DNA from: a virus
Taxonomy: Duplodnaviria > Caudoviricetes
DNA length: 31,193 bases
IMG/VR virus record: IMGVR_UViG_3300017565_000182
Location: 1-31,193 of that record
Reading direction: 5' to 3' (one strand)
The notes under the pieces were generated by a model. The model worked only from the letters and a program-made list of their open reading frames with translations. It was not told the origin of the DNA and ran no database searches. Positions within the stretch are counted from its first letter, which is position 1. Every line of letters begins with the position of its first letter. Positions 1 to 8,611 of the stretch are shown piece after piece. The position numbers and the translations under genes are program-made.

Positions 1-155
1 GAACTACCGTTAATAACGATACAACCGGATGTTATCGTGTTAATACCATCGCCCTCATTCGTTACGGCTTGCGCAAAAGTTTTCCCTTCTCTATCCATAA
101 ATAACTCATAAGGATTAGCTTCTGCATCACCAATGAACATATCTTTCTTATCCAT
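1..155 (-). CDS. Hypothetical protein, 5' part (runs off the window)
   Basis: ATG at 155 after AGGAGAG RBS; MDKKDMFIGDAEANPYELF... stays open to the window edge. Confidence 0.6.
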   Translation of the reverse strand, partial: MDKKDMFIGDAEANPYELFMDREGKTFAQAVTNEGDGINTITSGCIVINGS

Positions 156-160
156 CCCGT

Positions 161-424
161 TCACTCTCCTAATGGTTTAGTGTCAGTTGGTTTTTCTTGC
201 AGTCCATATAAATCTAAATCCCATTTCGGTACACCATTTTCAACAATAGCAGAAACTTCACTCGTTTTAATAAATGTTTTTCCATCTTCTGAAATCAACA
301 TTTCCGGTTCGCTGTATATAACTGCATTCAAGATATCTTTTTTTGTTTTTTCTTTCGTTACAAATCCTATTACCGCTCCACCATTCAAATAGATAAGATA
401 CTCTTTTAGTCCTGATCCGTACAT
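161..424 (-). CDS. Hypothetical phage protein
   Basis: ORF track 161..511; start moved to ATG 424 (GGAGGAG RBS, removes overlap with the upstream gene). Confidence 0.7.
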   Translation of the reverse strand: MYGSGLKEYLIYLNGGAVIGFVTKEKTKKDILNAVIYSEPEMLISEDGKTFIKTSEVSAIVENGVPKWDLDLYGLQEKPTDTKPLGE

Positions 425-429
425 ACCAT

Positions 430-666
430 TCACTCCTCCATATTCCGCATCATGATATCTTTGCCGACTTCTAATAATCCAATAGCTTTGATTGTGGACA
501 TCTTCGACCATCCCGTTCTTGTACGGTCATCATTATCAATAGCTACATAAGCTACTTCTACTACTTCCCCACGATCTACAGCTGCTAATAAATTTTCAAG
601 TAACGCTTTAGGAGTCACCTTGCCTTCTTTCTTGGCTTTCTCTTCTGACAAATCATATAAAGTCAT
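430..666 (-). CDS. Hypothetical phage protein
   Basis: ORF with AAGGAG RBS, co-oriented with neighbours. Confidence 0.75.
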   Translation of the reverse strand: MTLYDLSEEKAKKEGKVTPKALLENLLAAVDRGEVVEVAYVAIDNDDRTRTGWSKMSTIKAIGLLEVGKDIMMRNMEE

Positions 667-743
667 TTCTCCACTCTCCTTAGTTCATCTTGAGTCGTTT
701 AAAAAATACAAGCGTTGGTCATAATGGTTAACTATAAGTTCAC

Positions 744-1040
744 TTACACATGCATAGGAGGGATAATAGGATTATTCGTTAAATTGAGCGCTAACATGTC
801 ATTTAGCTGCGCTTCCTGTTTATACGCTTCTCTCCATTTATCCCGTTCATCTTCTGTACGTTCTAATTTCTTCTGACAGCCTTTTAACATCGTTTTAGCT
901 GCACCATACATGGTATTACTGATTTCTCTTCTGAACCACGGTTCTATATGTACTCCGCATACTTCTTGGATTCTGTGTATTAAATGGTTCTCATGTTGAC
1001 TGAATGTTTTTAATTCAAGTCTATTTGACATGGTTCCCAC
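744..1040 (-). CDS. Hypothetical protein (start probably ATG 1031)
   Basis: ORF with AAGGAG RBS; coiled-coil-like C-terminus. Confidence 0.7.
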   Translation of the reverse strand: MGTMSNRLELKTFSQHENHLIHRIQEVCGVHIEPWFRREISNTMYGAAKTMLKGCQKKLERTEDERDKWREAYKQEAQLNDMLALNLTNNPIIPPMHV

Positions 1041-1043
1041 TCC

Positions 1044-1193
1044 TTATTTTTCTTTCACACAAGAAGGCCATGAACAAAAAACAACTGTGTTCTTATTCAA
1101 TGGATGCCCCCACGGACACATGTAACACTTATGTTTCTTAAATGATTCTTCTCGCTTCTTATCCTCATTCTCTTCCAATTGCCTTTTGTTCAT
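1044..1193 (-). CDS. Small Cys-rich protein, 49 aa (not in ORF track)
   Basis: GAGGTG RBS; MNKRQLEE...KCYMCPWG...FCSWPSCVKEK. Confidence 0.65.
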   Translation of the reverse strand: MNKRQLEENEDKKREESFKKHKCYMCPWGHPLNKNTVVFCSWPSCVKEK

Positions 1194-1299
1194 GTCCTTT
1201 CACCTCAATTCCACTTACTAGCATGAAAACCACTTTCTACTTCTTAATCAGCAGATAATTTCATTAAATAAGCCACCCAAGTTAATGAGTGGCGTTTTA

Positions 1300-1896
1300 T
1301 CAGTCTTGAAAGTATATTCCTGTTATCTTAAATTTACATGAGTCGCCACTTATAGGACACACTGAAATATCTAACGTGATTTCTTTTGTATCTTTGTCGA
1401 ACTCTCCTAAATCCAAGATAGCTTTTCCAAATTTACGTTCTTTGTTTTTAGTCTTTCTTATATATTTATCATAACGAATGAATCCAAAGAATATTGGTTC
1501 GTTCGCTGTCCATTGTTCATATTCAATAACTAAGTACTGAGAGTAAGAAGTGAACGTTTTTATAAATATTTGTTCCATATCTAACCCAGCTTCAAATATT
1601 TGTTTTTCAGGATACAACTTCTTTTGCACAAGAGTCTTCGCACCTTTAAAGTCTTTCCAATCACCGTTAATAGTTAAGCTTCCACCTTTAATGGTCACTC
1701 CATCACCGTTAGCGTTGAACACAGCTTTTTGTTTGCCATCTTCAGACGAAACAATGATACCTCTATTAAGCCTACTTTGAAGCTCATCTAAAGCTTTAAC
1801 AGTTTCATTCGCTTCTCTACGTAACGCCTTCAACCCTTTTAGAGCATCCGACACATCAATATCTAATTTGTTTGACTCGCGCTGTTCTTCAGCCAT
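1300..1896 (-). CDS. Hypothetical protein, first gene after the late leader
   Basis: AAGGAG RBS; N-terminal LDIDVSDALKGLKALRREA segment of a type common in Bacillus phages. Confidence 0.8.
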   Translation of the reverse strand: MAEEQRESNKLDIDVSDALKGLKALRREANETVKALDELQSRLNRGIIVSSEDGKQKAVFNANGDGVTIKGGSLTINGDWKDFKGAKTLVQKKLYPEKQIFEAGLDMEQIFIKTFTSYSQYLVIEYEQWTANEPIFFGFIRYDKYIRKTKNKERKFGKAILDLGEFDKDTKEITLDISVCPISGDSCKFKITGIYFQD

Positions 1897-1924
1897 GTCA
1901 CAACAACTCCTTTTATTTAGTTAG

Positions 1925-2130
1925 AAAATAAAAACGCCTACCCGACAGCTTCCGCTAACTGCTGGATAGACGTTTGTTAGTTAGTTGATTGAAAAACTCA
2001 TTTCCTTTAAACACGCACTGTCTTTAGGAAAGTACCTGACGGAAATAGCACGGTTGGTGTTTCCGCACCCTTTTATCAGTTGTAGAGCATAGTGAGATTG
2101 TCGTGTGTTTCAACGACTTCACTTCTCCAC
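1925..2130 (-). ncRNA. Candidate structured late-leader RNA ending in an intrinsic terminator
   Basis: Four consecutive stem-loops readable by eye downstream of a TGnTATAAT promoter; last stem (1932-1943/1964-1975) is followed by a U-tract. Confidence 0.5.
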
Positions 2131-2133
2131 CAC

Positions 2134-2190
2134 ATTATATCACCTGTGTAAATAAATATTAAATCGTGTAAAAAGTGTAAAAAGTGGTAA
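2134..2190 (-). promoter_or_regulatory. Late promoter with tandem TTTTTACAC repeats
   Basis: TGATATAAT at 2142-2134; plus-strand GTGTAAAAA at 2166-2174 and 2175-2183, partial copies at 2146 and 2184; poor -35; directly after the activator gene. Confidence 0.7.
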
Positions 2191-2192
2191 TA

Positions 2193-2591
2193 TTACTCTT
2201 TTTCTAATACATCTACAATTTCATCGAAAATCTTATGTGCTGTCGGTCTGCTAATACGTAACAGTTTAGAAACTCCTGTGATTGTTACACCGTCTAGTAA
2301 GCAGTCTAATACAGTACGTTGCATTTCGTCTTCAATCAGATGCATTCTCTTTTGGATATATTGTATTTTCTCTTCCATACGGATCATACGCTTTGTTTTC
2401 GCTTCTCTTCGAACAATCTCACCAGCGATAGGGTTAGATGTCTGACCGACCGCTTTCGGCATTGTCGCTTCTATACCGTATTGCGCCGTTCCTTTGAACT
2501 CATATGCTTTTAACTCTATCTGAACACGAATAATCTCGTTAATCATCCAATGATAATCTCGAATAGCTCCTACGATTTCATGACGTTTCAT
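2193..2591 (-). CDS. Phage late transcriptional activator (C-terminal HTH, ArpU/RinA-type position)
   Basis: TAQYGIEATMPK motif; HTH LLDGVTITGVSKLLRISRPTAHKI; last gene of the early operon. Confidence 0.75.
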   Translation of the reverse strand: MKRHEIVGAIRDYHWMINEIIRVQIELKAYEFKGTAQYGIEATMPKAVGQTSNPIAGEIVRREAKTKRMIRMEEKIQYIQKRMHLIEDEMQRTVLDCLLDGVTITGVSKLLRISRPTAHKIFDEIVDVLEKE

Positions 2592-3130
2592 TGTCCTCTC
2601 TCCTTATCCGCTATAGATTTAAGCATTCCATAAGGCGTTTCACCTTTGTGACGCTCTGCGTGGCAGTCAGCGCATAATACAACTAGGTTCTCCACTGTGT
2701 TTTGACCACCTTTGGCAAAATGTTCGTCATGATGAAAGTATAATTTGTGTTTACTCTTGCAATCAGCACATTTGTTGTTATACTTCTTTCTAACTTGCTC
2801 TTTGATGTATGTGGGTATCGTCCGGTCTTCGGTGAAGGTTTTCAACTCACCTTTTAATATCTTTTTAAACTGAGCCATATGACTTCTGCTGATGCCAAGC
2901 GTGGTCATATAATACTCAACTACCTGATAAGGGCAAGGTTTCTTCGATCTTTCATAATAAGAAAATGCTTGCTCATTGAAATGTTCGATGTTTTCTCTAC
3001 CGAATTCATCTAATCCTCTCACCATATCTTTTAATGATTTCTTTCTCATGAGACGCATCGCTTTTAATTCGATGCCTCTCACCTCATGTTCTTCCCAATA
3101 TCGTTTACCGCCCCGTTTTTCAGTTAACAC
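2588..3130 (-). CDS. HNH endonuclease with N-terminal XRE-like HTH
   Basis: CADC...HH...GGQNTVENLVVLCADCHAERH; N-terminal LKAMRLMRKKSLKDM...FSYYER. Confidence 0.8.
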   Translation of the reverse strand: MLTEKRGGKRYWEEHEVRGIELKAMRLMRKKSLKDMVRGLDEFGRENIEHFNEQAFSYYERSKKPCPYQVVEYYMTTLGISRSHMAQFKKILKGELKTFTEDRTIPTYIKEQVRKKYNNKCADCKSKHKLYFHHDEHFAKGGQNTVENLVVLCADCHAERHKGETPYGMLKSIADKERGQ

Positions 3131-3579
3131 TATTGACCTCCCCCTTCTTTTTCAATCGCTTTAATCATGTCCTTTAAGCTGTTTCCTGCTCTCTCATACG
3201 TTTGAGCAATCCCACGCCATGAAATATATTCCCCTTCATAATCAGCAGCCTTATCAAGCATTTCTCCCTTTGTAACACGACTTCCATATTGAGCATCAAC
3301 AGACGTTTGATTCTCTTCTTTAAGGCGCTTATACTCTTGACCTTGCTTTATCTCAGCTTGTCCTTCATAAGACTTTTGCTTTCTTTTGTAGAAGCCAGCT
3401 ATATGCCATGCAATCCGTTCTGCTTTGCTGTAGATATATTCTAGCTTGGCGATTTGAAAAGGTGATAGTTCATCTATCTGATCATCTAATTCTTTAATTT
3501 GAGCTAAATAATAGGAGTGCTGCTGGTGATAACGTTTGAACTCTTGTACATCTTCTTGTATTTGTTGAGCTGATGTCAC
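3130..3579 (-). CDS. Hypothetical helical/coiled-coil protein
   Basis: Translationally coupled to both neighbours. Confidence 0.75.
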   Translation of the reverse strand: MTSAQQIQEDVQEFKRYHQQHSYYLAQIKELDDQIDELSPFQIAKLEYIYSKAERIAWHIAGFYKRKQKSYEGQAEIKQGQEYKRLKEENQTSVDAQYGSRVTKGEMLDKAADYEGEYISWRGIAQTYERAGNSLKDMIKAIEKEGGGQ

Positions 3580-4073
3580 TTACCCACCTTCTTCAACGCT
3601 TCCTTTTGATAAGCAGTTAATTCTTCTCTTCCTTGCAACGCTTCTGCAACCTTCGCTAATACATACGCATCACGGATATTGTCCGAATCACTTTCAAACT
3701 GCCATTTCTTAAAGATAGGCAACACCATTGCATCCTTTTTGCAGTTCCCTTTACCGGTTGCAAACTTCTTTAAGCTGGAAGGTGGAACTTCAATATAGTG
3801 AATCCCTCTTTTGTATAACTCAGCTCGTATCATCCACCCTATGCCGTATTGTGTACTAACTCCTGCCCCTTTACTTCCGTAAGAGAAACCTTCGATACAA
3901 ACGAAATCTGCCGGTGTTACACTATCTAATACTTGTTGAGCTAAATCGATGAACCTTTCAGGATCTTGTTTCTTTTTGCTACTAATTTCTTTTTGTTGCT
4001 GAACTTGTCCATCTTCCCCTAAAATCACAAACCCTGTTTTGGTGCTTGGATCTATTCCGATATATCTCCCCAT
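3576..4073 (-). CDS. RuvC-like Holliday junction resolvase
   Basis: IGIDPS, VCIEG, LKKFATGKGN, DNIRDA motifs. Confidence 0.88.
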   Translation of the reverse strand: MGRYIGIDPSTKTGFVILGEDGQVQQQKEISSKKKQDPERFIDLAQQVLDSVTPADFVCIEGFSYGSKGAGVSTQYGIGWMIRAELYKRGIHYIEVPPSSLKKFATGKGNCKKDAMVLPIFKKWQFESDSDNIRDAYVLAKVAEALQGREELTAYQKEALKKVGK

Positions 4074-4125
4074 GTTCTCTCTCCCTTTATAGGGGATGCG
4101 CCATAGAGACGCACCCTTTTATTTA

Positions 4126-4614
4126 TCAGTAATTTGATATCTGTCTTCTGTGATTTTCTTGATTTTTAGCAAGGTACGCTTTTTCAACTTCTTCCCACGG
4201 GAACCCTAACATTTCACACAATCCTAAAAACGTTTCGAATAAGTCTTCATACTCTACAAAATCTTTCGTTTCATAAAATTCCAGCACATTTTTATACAAC
4301 TCAAGATACTGCTGCACAAGGTTATCTTTACCTGCTGTAAATTCCACCGTATCCATTCGATAACCGAACTCAATCCCTAATTCTAAAAGGAAGTGTAAGA
4401 AGTCCACCGTTTCTTCTAACAGCGTTTCCTTCGGATTTTGATCCAAGCTCCAAAATTTGAAGCACCTGGAATCATTACAACCTTCCCCTAACTCCACTAG
4501 GGTTGCGAGTACCTTTTTATCTAAACGACTTTCTCCTGGTGGTGTAGGATGATTCTTTTCAATATGAGCCATTAACCCCGCTTGGATTTCGTACAAGTAT
4601 TTTAAATTCATCAT
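4126..4614 (-). CDS. Dimeric (all-alpha) dUTPase
   Basis: LVELGE...FKFWS, LLEETVDFLHFLL, AYLAKNQENHRRQ. Confidence 0.88.
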   Translation of the reverse strand: MMNLKYLYEIQAGLMAHIEKNHPTPPGESRLDKKVLATLVELGEGCNDSRCFKFWSLDQNPKETLLEETVDFLHFLLELGIEFGYRMDTVEFTAGKDNLVQQYLELYKNVLEFYETKDFVEYEDLFETFLGLCEMLGFPWEEVEKAYLAKNQENHRRQISNY

Positions 4615-4626
4615 TCTTCCTCCCGT

Positions 4627-4764
4627 TTATCTTCCTAATTTGAAGTTAAGTCCTGCTAAAAGTTGTAATCCTATTACTGGTAAAAGCCAAAAAAATTCAC
4701 CGTTAACACAAAACATCACATTTAAGGGCATTGCTAATACAAAAGCTAAGAGAGTTCTAATCAT
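4627..4764 (-). CDS. Small membrane protein, 45 aa (not in ORF track)
   Basis: ATGA overlap with upstream stop; GGAGG RBS; hydrophobic MIRTLLAFVLAMPL... Confidence 0.55.
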   Translation of the reverse strand: MIRTLLAFVLAMPLNVMFCVNGEFFWLLPVIGLQLLAGLNFKLGR

Positions 4765-5171
4765 TCCGCATCCTCCCCAATTACATTGATACCAGCAGCA
4801 CCGAAGTTGTACGCAATCCCTCTATGTTTCACATACCATTCATCGTTTTGTTGGTCTACAATCGCCTTTTGTCGCTCTTCTTCTCTCAGTTGTTCATAGA
4901 ATTTTCTCGCTAATTCGTTATCATCAGCCCATGTCATAGGCTCATTTATTGTCATTGTTTCGGTTTCTAATAGGCCATGAACCGTTAAAGGTAGCTTTAT
5001 CCCATCCTCAACCTTGTAAATTCCTGTTTCATCCCAAAATAATGTGTTACCTTCTTCCTCTACTGTACGAATTCCGGCAGCGCCAAAGTTCATTTCCTCT
5101 TGTCCTTCACGTACTTCAATTACATCACCAATTAATTCCGTTACCTCTGCTACTAAATTGTTTGTATTCAT
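4761..5171 (-). CDS. Hypothetical acidic protein with internal NFGAAGI duplication
   Basis: AAGGGG RBS; NFGAAGI occurs twice. Confidence 0.75.
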   Translation of the reverse strand: MNTNNLVAEVTELIGDVIEVREGQEEMNFGAAGIRTVEEEGNTLFWDETGIYKVEDGIKLPLTVHGLLETETMTINEPMTWADDNELARKFYEQLREEERQKAIVDQQNDEWYVKHRGIAYNFGAAGINVIGEDAE

Positions 5172-5191
5172 ATTGACATCCCCTTTAATTT

Positions 5192-5335
5192 TTAGTTTTG
5201 TTCGATTCTAAATTGCGCTTTACCGCTTGGAGTCGTAACGTACCCTCCACATTCGCACTTCTGACCGTTTTCAGCTCTCCACTTTGTAATGTCATGTTCT
5301 TTTCCACAACTCCAACACTTAGCAATAATCTTCAT
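5192..5335 (-). CDS. Small zinc-ribbon protein, 47 aa (not in ORF track)
   Basis: MKIIAKCWSCGKEH...KCECGGYV; ATGA coupling. Confidence 0.7.
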   Translation of the reverse strand: MKIIAKCWSCGKEHDITKWRAENGQKCECGGYVTTPSGKAQFRIEQN

Positions 5336-5427
5336 TCAAACATCCCCTTTATCAACTTCGCCCATCCGAAAAAGCTTATCCATAACAGGATGGAGAATAG
5401 AGTGCCGTAAAAGATCCCTCTTATCAT
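5332..5427 (-). CDS. Small membrane peptide, 31 aa
   Basis: GAGGTG RBS; MIRGIFYGTLFSILLWISFFGWAKLIKGMFE. Confidence 0.55.
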   Translation of the reverse strand: MIRGIFYGTLFSILLWISFFGWAKLIKGMFE

Positions 5428-5436
5428 CAAGTCACC

Positions 5437-5622
5437 TCATTTAATTGGTTCTTGATCTTCATTACAGGCCTTACACTTCCTGATAATGTACTCACCGCTT
5501 AATCTGAGTGAGAAGCTACCGTGCCGGCACTTGACGCATTGGCCGGCTTTTGGCGCTCCCTGAATAATATTTACTTCTTCAACTGGCGATTTCTTATAAA
5601 AGTTCTTTAAATCATTCTTCAT
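5437..5622 (-). CDS. Small zinc-ribbon protein
   Basis: CVKC...CKAC. Confidence 0.7.
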   Translation of the reverse strand: MKNDLKNFYKKSPVEEVNIIQGAPKAGQCVKCRHGSFSLRLSGEYIIRKCKACNEDQEPIK

Positions 5623-5794
5623 GTTTACGGTTCTCTAATTCTTTCACCGCTGAATATCTATCTTCTAAACTGTTAGTTTCATCAAACGCGATGGTGAGTA
5701 ATTGGTTTTTAGATGCCTGTTTATAATCCACGCTGCACCTCTTCTTTTTCATTGTTACGTATCCATTCATCTTCTTGTTTCTTGCCTTCTTCAA
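5612..5794 (-). CDS. Hypothetical phage protein
   Basis: ORF in operon; start uncertain. Confidence 0.6.
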   Translation of the reverse strand: MKKARNKKMNGYVTMKKKRCSVDYKQASKNQLLTIAFDETNSLEDRYSAVKELENRKHEE

Positions 5795-5936
5795 AGGTTA
5801 ATCCAAGTTCATTGTTACGAATGAATCTCAATATTTCTAAGCAGTTAACAATGCGAGTCAATTCGATTCCTTCTATCGACTTCAAATACCTTAAATTTGC
5901 GATTTCTTTTAATAATCTGTTGTTTAAATCCGGCAT
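5721..5936 (-). CDS. Hypothetical phage protein
   Basis: AAGGGGTG RBS; follows ssb. Confidence 0.65.
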   Translation of the reverse strand: MPDLNNRLLKEIANLRYLKSIEGIELTRIVNCLEILRFIRNNELGLTFEEGKKQEDEWIRNNEKEEVQRGL

Positions 5937-5962
5937 CTTTACACCCCTTTCGCTTTAGTGCG

Positions 5963-6439
5963 TTAAAACGGTAAATCGTCATCTGAGATATCAACTGTCT
6001 CTCCGTTATTTCTAAATGGATCATCGTCTACTCTTGTATATCCGTTAGACTCTTTATTTTGGTTGTTAAAAGGGCTTTTGTTGCTACTTGATGTATTTGT
6101 ATTACCTCCACCGTTACCGCCTTTAGAACCGATGAAAGTAATGTCAGACACTACGCATTCATTTACATAAACTCTTCTGCCATCTTGACCTTCATAATTA
6201 CGTGTTTGCCATGAACCAATTAAGCCGATTTCACGCCCTTTGGATAAATTGTTAGCAATCGTTTCAGCAAGGCCCCTCCACGCTACGCAGTTGATGAAGT
6301 CGCTCTCTCTTTCGCCTGTTTGCTGATTCTTAAATTTTCGATTAACTGCAACCGTAAACGTCACATTCGCGTGTCCACTTGGGGTATAACGCATTTCCAC
6401 ATCTTTAGTTAGTCTTCCAATAAGTTGTACTGAGTTCAT
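5963..6439 (-). CDS. ssb: Single-stranded DNA-binding protein
   Basis: MNSVQLIGRLTKDVEMRYT, SDFINCVAWR, acidic tail DDDLPF. Confidence 0.97.
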   Translation of the reverse strand: MNSVQLIGRLTKDVEMRYTPSGHANVTFTVAVNRKFKNQQTGERESDFINCVAWRGLAETIANNLSKGREIGLIGSWQTRNYEGQDGRRVYVNECVVSDITFIGSKGGNGGGNTNTSSSNKSPFNNQNKESNGYTRVDDDPFRNNGETVDISDDDLPF

Positions 6440-6624
6440 TATTTAACTACCTCCACTGTTGTATTTACTGATACTTCTACTGTTTTTATGATGCGTACAC
6501 TTTTTAACGAAAAACTTTGTAGCATTTCCATATATTTTTCTGTTAGGTCATGAGGACTTTCTTTAATCAACATATCCACCCAATTCATTTGTTCGTGCTT
6601 CACCTGTAAAATATACATTTCCAA
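6439..6624 (-). CDS. Hypothetical protein
   Basis: AGGAGG RBS, TTG start, TAATG coupling to ssb. Confidence 0.65.
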   Translation of the reverse strand: MEMYILQVKHEQMNWVDMLIKESPHDLTEKYMEMLQSFSLKSVRIIKTVEVSVNTTVEVVK

Positions 6625-6695
6625 TAACCTCCTAATTTTGTTCTCTTGAACGTTCTCATTTTTTGGTGCTATTTTTATAATGGGTACTTATATGC

Positions 6696-6872
6696 TTATT
6701 TTTGAATGAACGTTAAAGCTTGTCCATCTCCCACAATCACTCCACCGGATTTGCGTTTGTTCCAATCCTGTTTGATGTCTTGTTTACAGATGCCGTTCTC
6801 ATATACAGTGATGATGCTGAGTGGTTCGCGGTCTATGGAAATCCATTTCTTTTCAATAACACGCCGTACCAT
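6696..6872 (-). CDS. Hypothetical protein, 58 aa (not in ORF track)
   Basis: AAGGGG RBS; MVRRVIEKKWISIDREP... Confidence 0.55.
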   Translation of the reverse strand: MVRRVIEKKWISIDREPLSIITVYENGICKQDIKQDWNKRKSGGVIVGDGQALTFIQK

Positions 6873-6956
6873 GTGATCGCCCCTTCATAATCTCGAAAAT
6901 GGATTGTATATAAGCAGTCGTTACAACATTGAACTGTTCCATGTAATCAAGGATTG

Positions 6957-7472
6957 TCATTTAATCCGCTCCTGTTCTTTCATGAATTTTTGATACGCTT
7001 CTTTCGTGGTATTTGGGACCAGGTTCATTTTGAATAAGTCGTATACGTCACACCAAAAGAATTCGCCGTATAATCGTTCATGTTCATCTTGGAGCTGCTT
7101 CATTTTATTAGCGTTGTTATGAACTCCATCATCACCAGTGTGGCAAGAGTTACACAGAAACCTGAGATTGCGATATACGCCACGGCCACTCTTTATGCGA
7201 CTGTAACCCTTTGGCATGACATGGTGGCATTCTAAGTTAGCTGTAGAGCCACAGAAGAAACAATATTCACCATGCTGTCGTGCTGCTTCGTTGTATTCTG
7301 CTGTGGTGATTCGTCCTCTCTGTTGCTTGAGTGGTATTGTTCTACCTTTATAGATTTCTTGTTTCAAAGGATTCTTTTCACGTTTCATCTTTTTAGGACG
7401 CTTTTTCATGTAAGGCTTGAGTTTCTTTTCAACCTTGACCGGCTTCGGGACGGGTCTGAATTCGTTTAACAT
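6957..7472 (-). CDS. HNH endonuclease family protein
   Basis: CFFCG...LECHHV...NLRFLCNSCH...GVH; start moved to ATG 7472 (MLNEFRPVPKP). Confidence 0.8.
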   Translation of the reverse strand: MLNEFRPVPKPVKVEKKLKPYMKKRPKKMKREKNPLKQEIYKGRTIPLKQQRGRITTAEYNEAARQHGEYCFFCGSTANLECHHVMPKGYSRIKSGRGVYRNLRFLCNSCHTGDDGVHNNANKMKQLQDEHERLYGEFFWCDVYDLFKMNLVPNTTKEAYQKFMKEQERIK

Positions 7473-7476
7473 ACCA

Positions 7477-7743
7477 TCACCCTCTCTTTCCTTGAGCGCT
7501 ATAGGAATAACCATCAATACGTGTGAAGTGAATGCCTTTAAACTCAATCTTTGTCACCTTTCCGTTTTTCTCTTTCAGCACTTTAGGTGCGGATACTTCA
7601 AGTTCTTCTCGCAACCTTTTATTCTCTCTCATTAGCAATCTCAAATCTTTCGCATACCCGCTTATATCTGCATACTCTACATCGTATTCCAAATCATGAA
7701 CCAAACGCTCAACCGCTTTTTCGATATCGTTCATTTCCCCCAC
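7477..7743 (-). CDS. Hypothetical protein
   Basis: ORF in operon. Confidence 0.65.
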   Translation of the reverse strand: MGEMNDIEKAVERLVHDLEYDVEYADISGYAKDLRLLMRENKRLREELEVSAPKVLKEKNGKVTKIEFKGIHFTRIDGYSYSAQGKRG

Positions 7744-7916
7744 TCCCTTGTTGTAATGGCGTGTGCTACTTCAGTCATGCGGTTCTTTTTATGGCAGCTT
7801 GTACAATAAAAGTGCTTCACTTGATTGCTGATGAAGTATTCTTGGATGATGTGTACTGTGAATTCATTTTCAGTTTTGCAGTAATGACAGAATAATGATC
7901 GTTTCATCACATCCAA
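7731..7916 (-). CDS. Small zinc-ribbon protein
   Basis: CHYC...CTSC. Confidence 0.65.
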   Translation of the reverse strand: MDVMKRSLFCHYCKTENEFTVHIIQEYFISNQVKHFYCTSCHKKNRMTEVAHAITTREWGK

Positions 7917-7926
7917 CCCCTTTTAT

Positions 7927-8193
7927 TTAAAGTAATTCAGCCATTCCCTTTAACAGATGTTTTGCGGTGTCTAGCTTCTCTTCTAAACACTCTTTCTCGT
8001 AATCTGATACATTCACATTACTTTGCGCCATTTGGTCTAATACAACGTAATATGAAGCTTGTGCCTTTTGCTCTTTCTCCACTTCCAAACGATCAATCAT
8101 ATCTGCAGCTGCATGACGTAATGTTTGGCTATCTGTTTGCATCGCTAATGTATAAAGTAATTCCTGAACATCCTGTGTTTGTACTGGTTTCAT
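7927..8193 (-). CDS. Hypothetical protein
   Basis: Start moved to ATG 8193 (AGGGAGG RBS). Confidence 0.7.
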   Translation of the reverse strand: MKPVQTQDVQELLYTLAMQTDSQTLRHAAADMIDRLEVEKEQKAQASYYVVLDQMAQSNVNVSDYEKECLEEKLDTAKHLLKGMAELL

Positions 8194-8287
8194 TTCCGTT
8201 TCCTCCCTTATAGGTGCGGTGTATGTCATATGTATGTATTTCTGATGCACCTTGTATAGTAAATGTTTGATATGTGATTAAACTGTT

Positions 8288-8611
8288 TTAGGCGAATCCT
8301 TCACCTTTTTCATACAAAACCCATAACCCTTCACCTTGTCTTTGGTAATGTCTTTCACTTAACGGAGCTTCAAGGTGTATTCTCCAATCATTATCAGGAT
8401 CTTGTTTCGCTAATTCTTCAGCTTGTTGTGTCGTCCATAAACTTTCTTGATTATCCATTTCGTTATATACTTCTTGACCATTTTTGGTTACTGCTGCATA
8501 TCCGAACCCTACACCGATTAAGTTTTTCATTGGTAAATGTTCATGTTGATAGCCACAACAAGCACAACCACCTATTCCGCCTTTTATACCAACTAATTTT
8601 TCAAACGTCAT
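8288..8611 (-). CDS. Hypothetical protein with CACCG motif
   Basis: Start probably ATG 8611 (ATGA coupling; MTFEKL...). Confidence 0.7.
   Translation of the reverse strand: MTFEKLVGIKGGIGGCACCGYQHEHLPMKNLIGVGFGYAAVTKNGQEVYNEMDNQESLWTTQQAEELAKQDPDNDWRIHLEAPLSERHYQRQGEGLWVLYEKGEGFA

Noticed and set aside
8215-8250. GCATC-N18-CATACAC as a third sporulation promoter
   Set aside because: Lacks the conserved terminal T and sits in low-complexity CATA-rich sequence.
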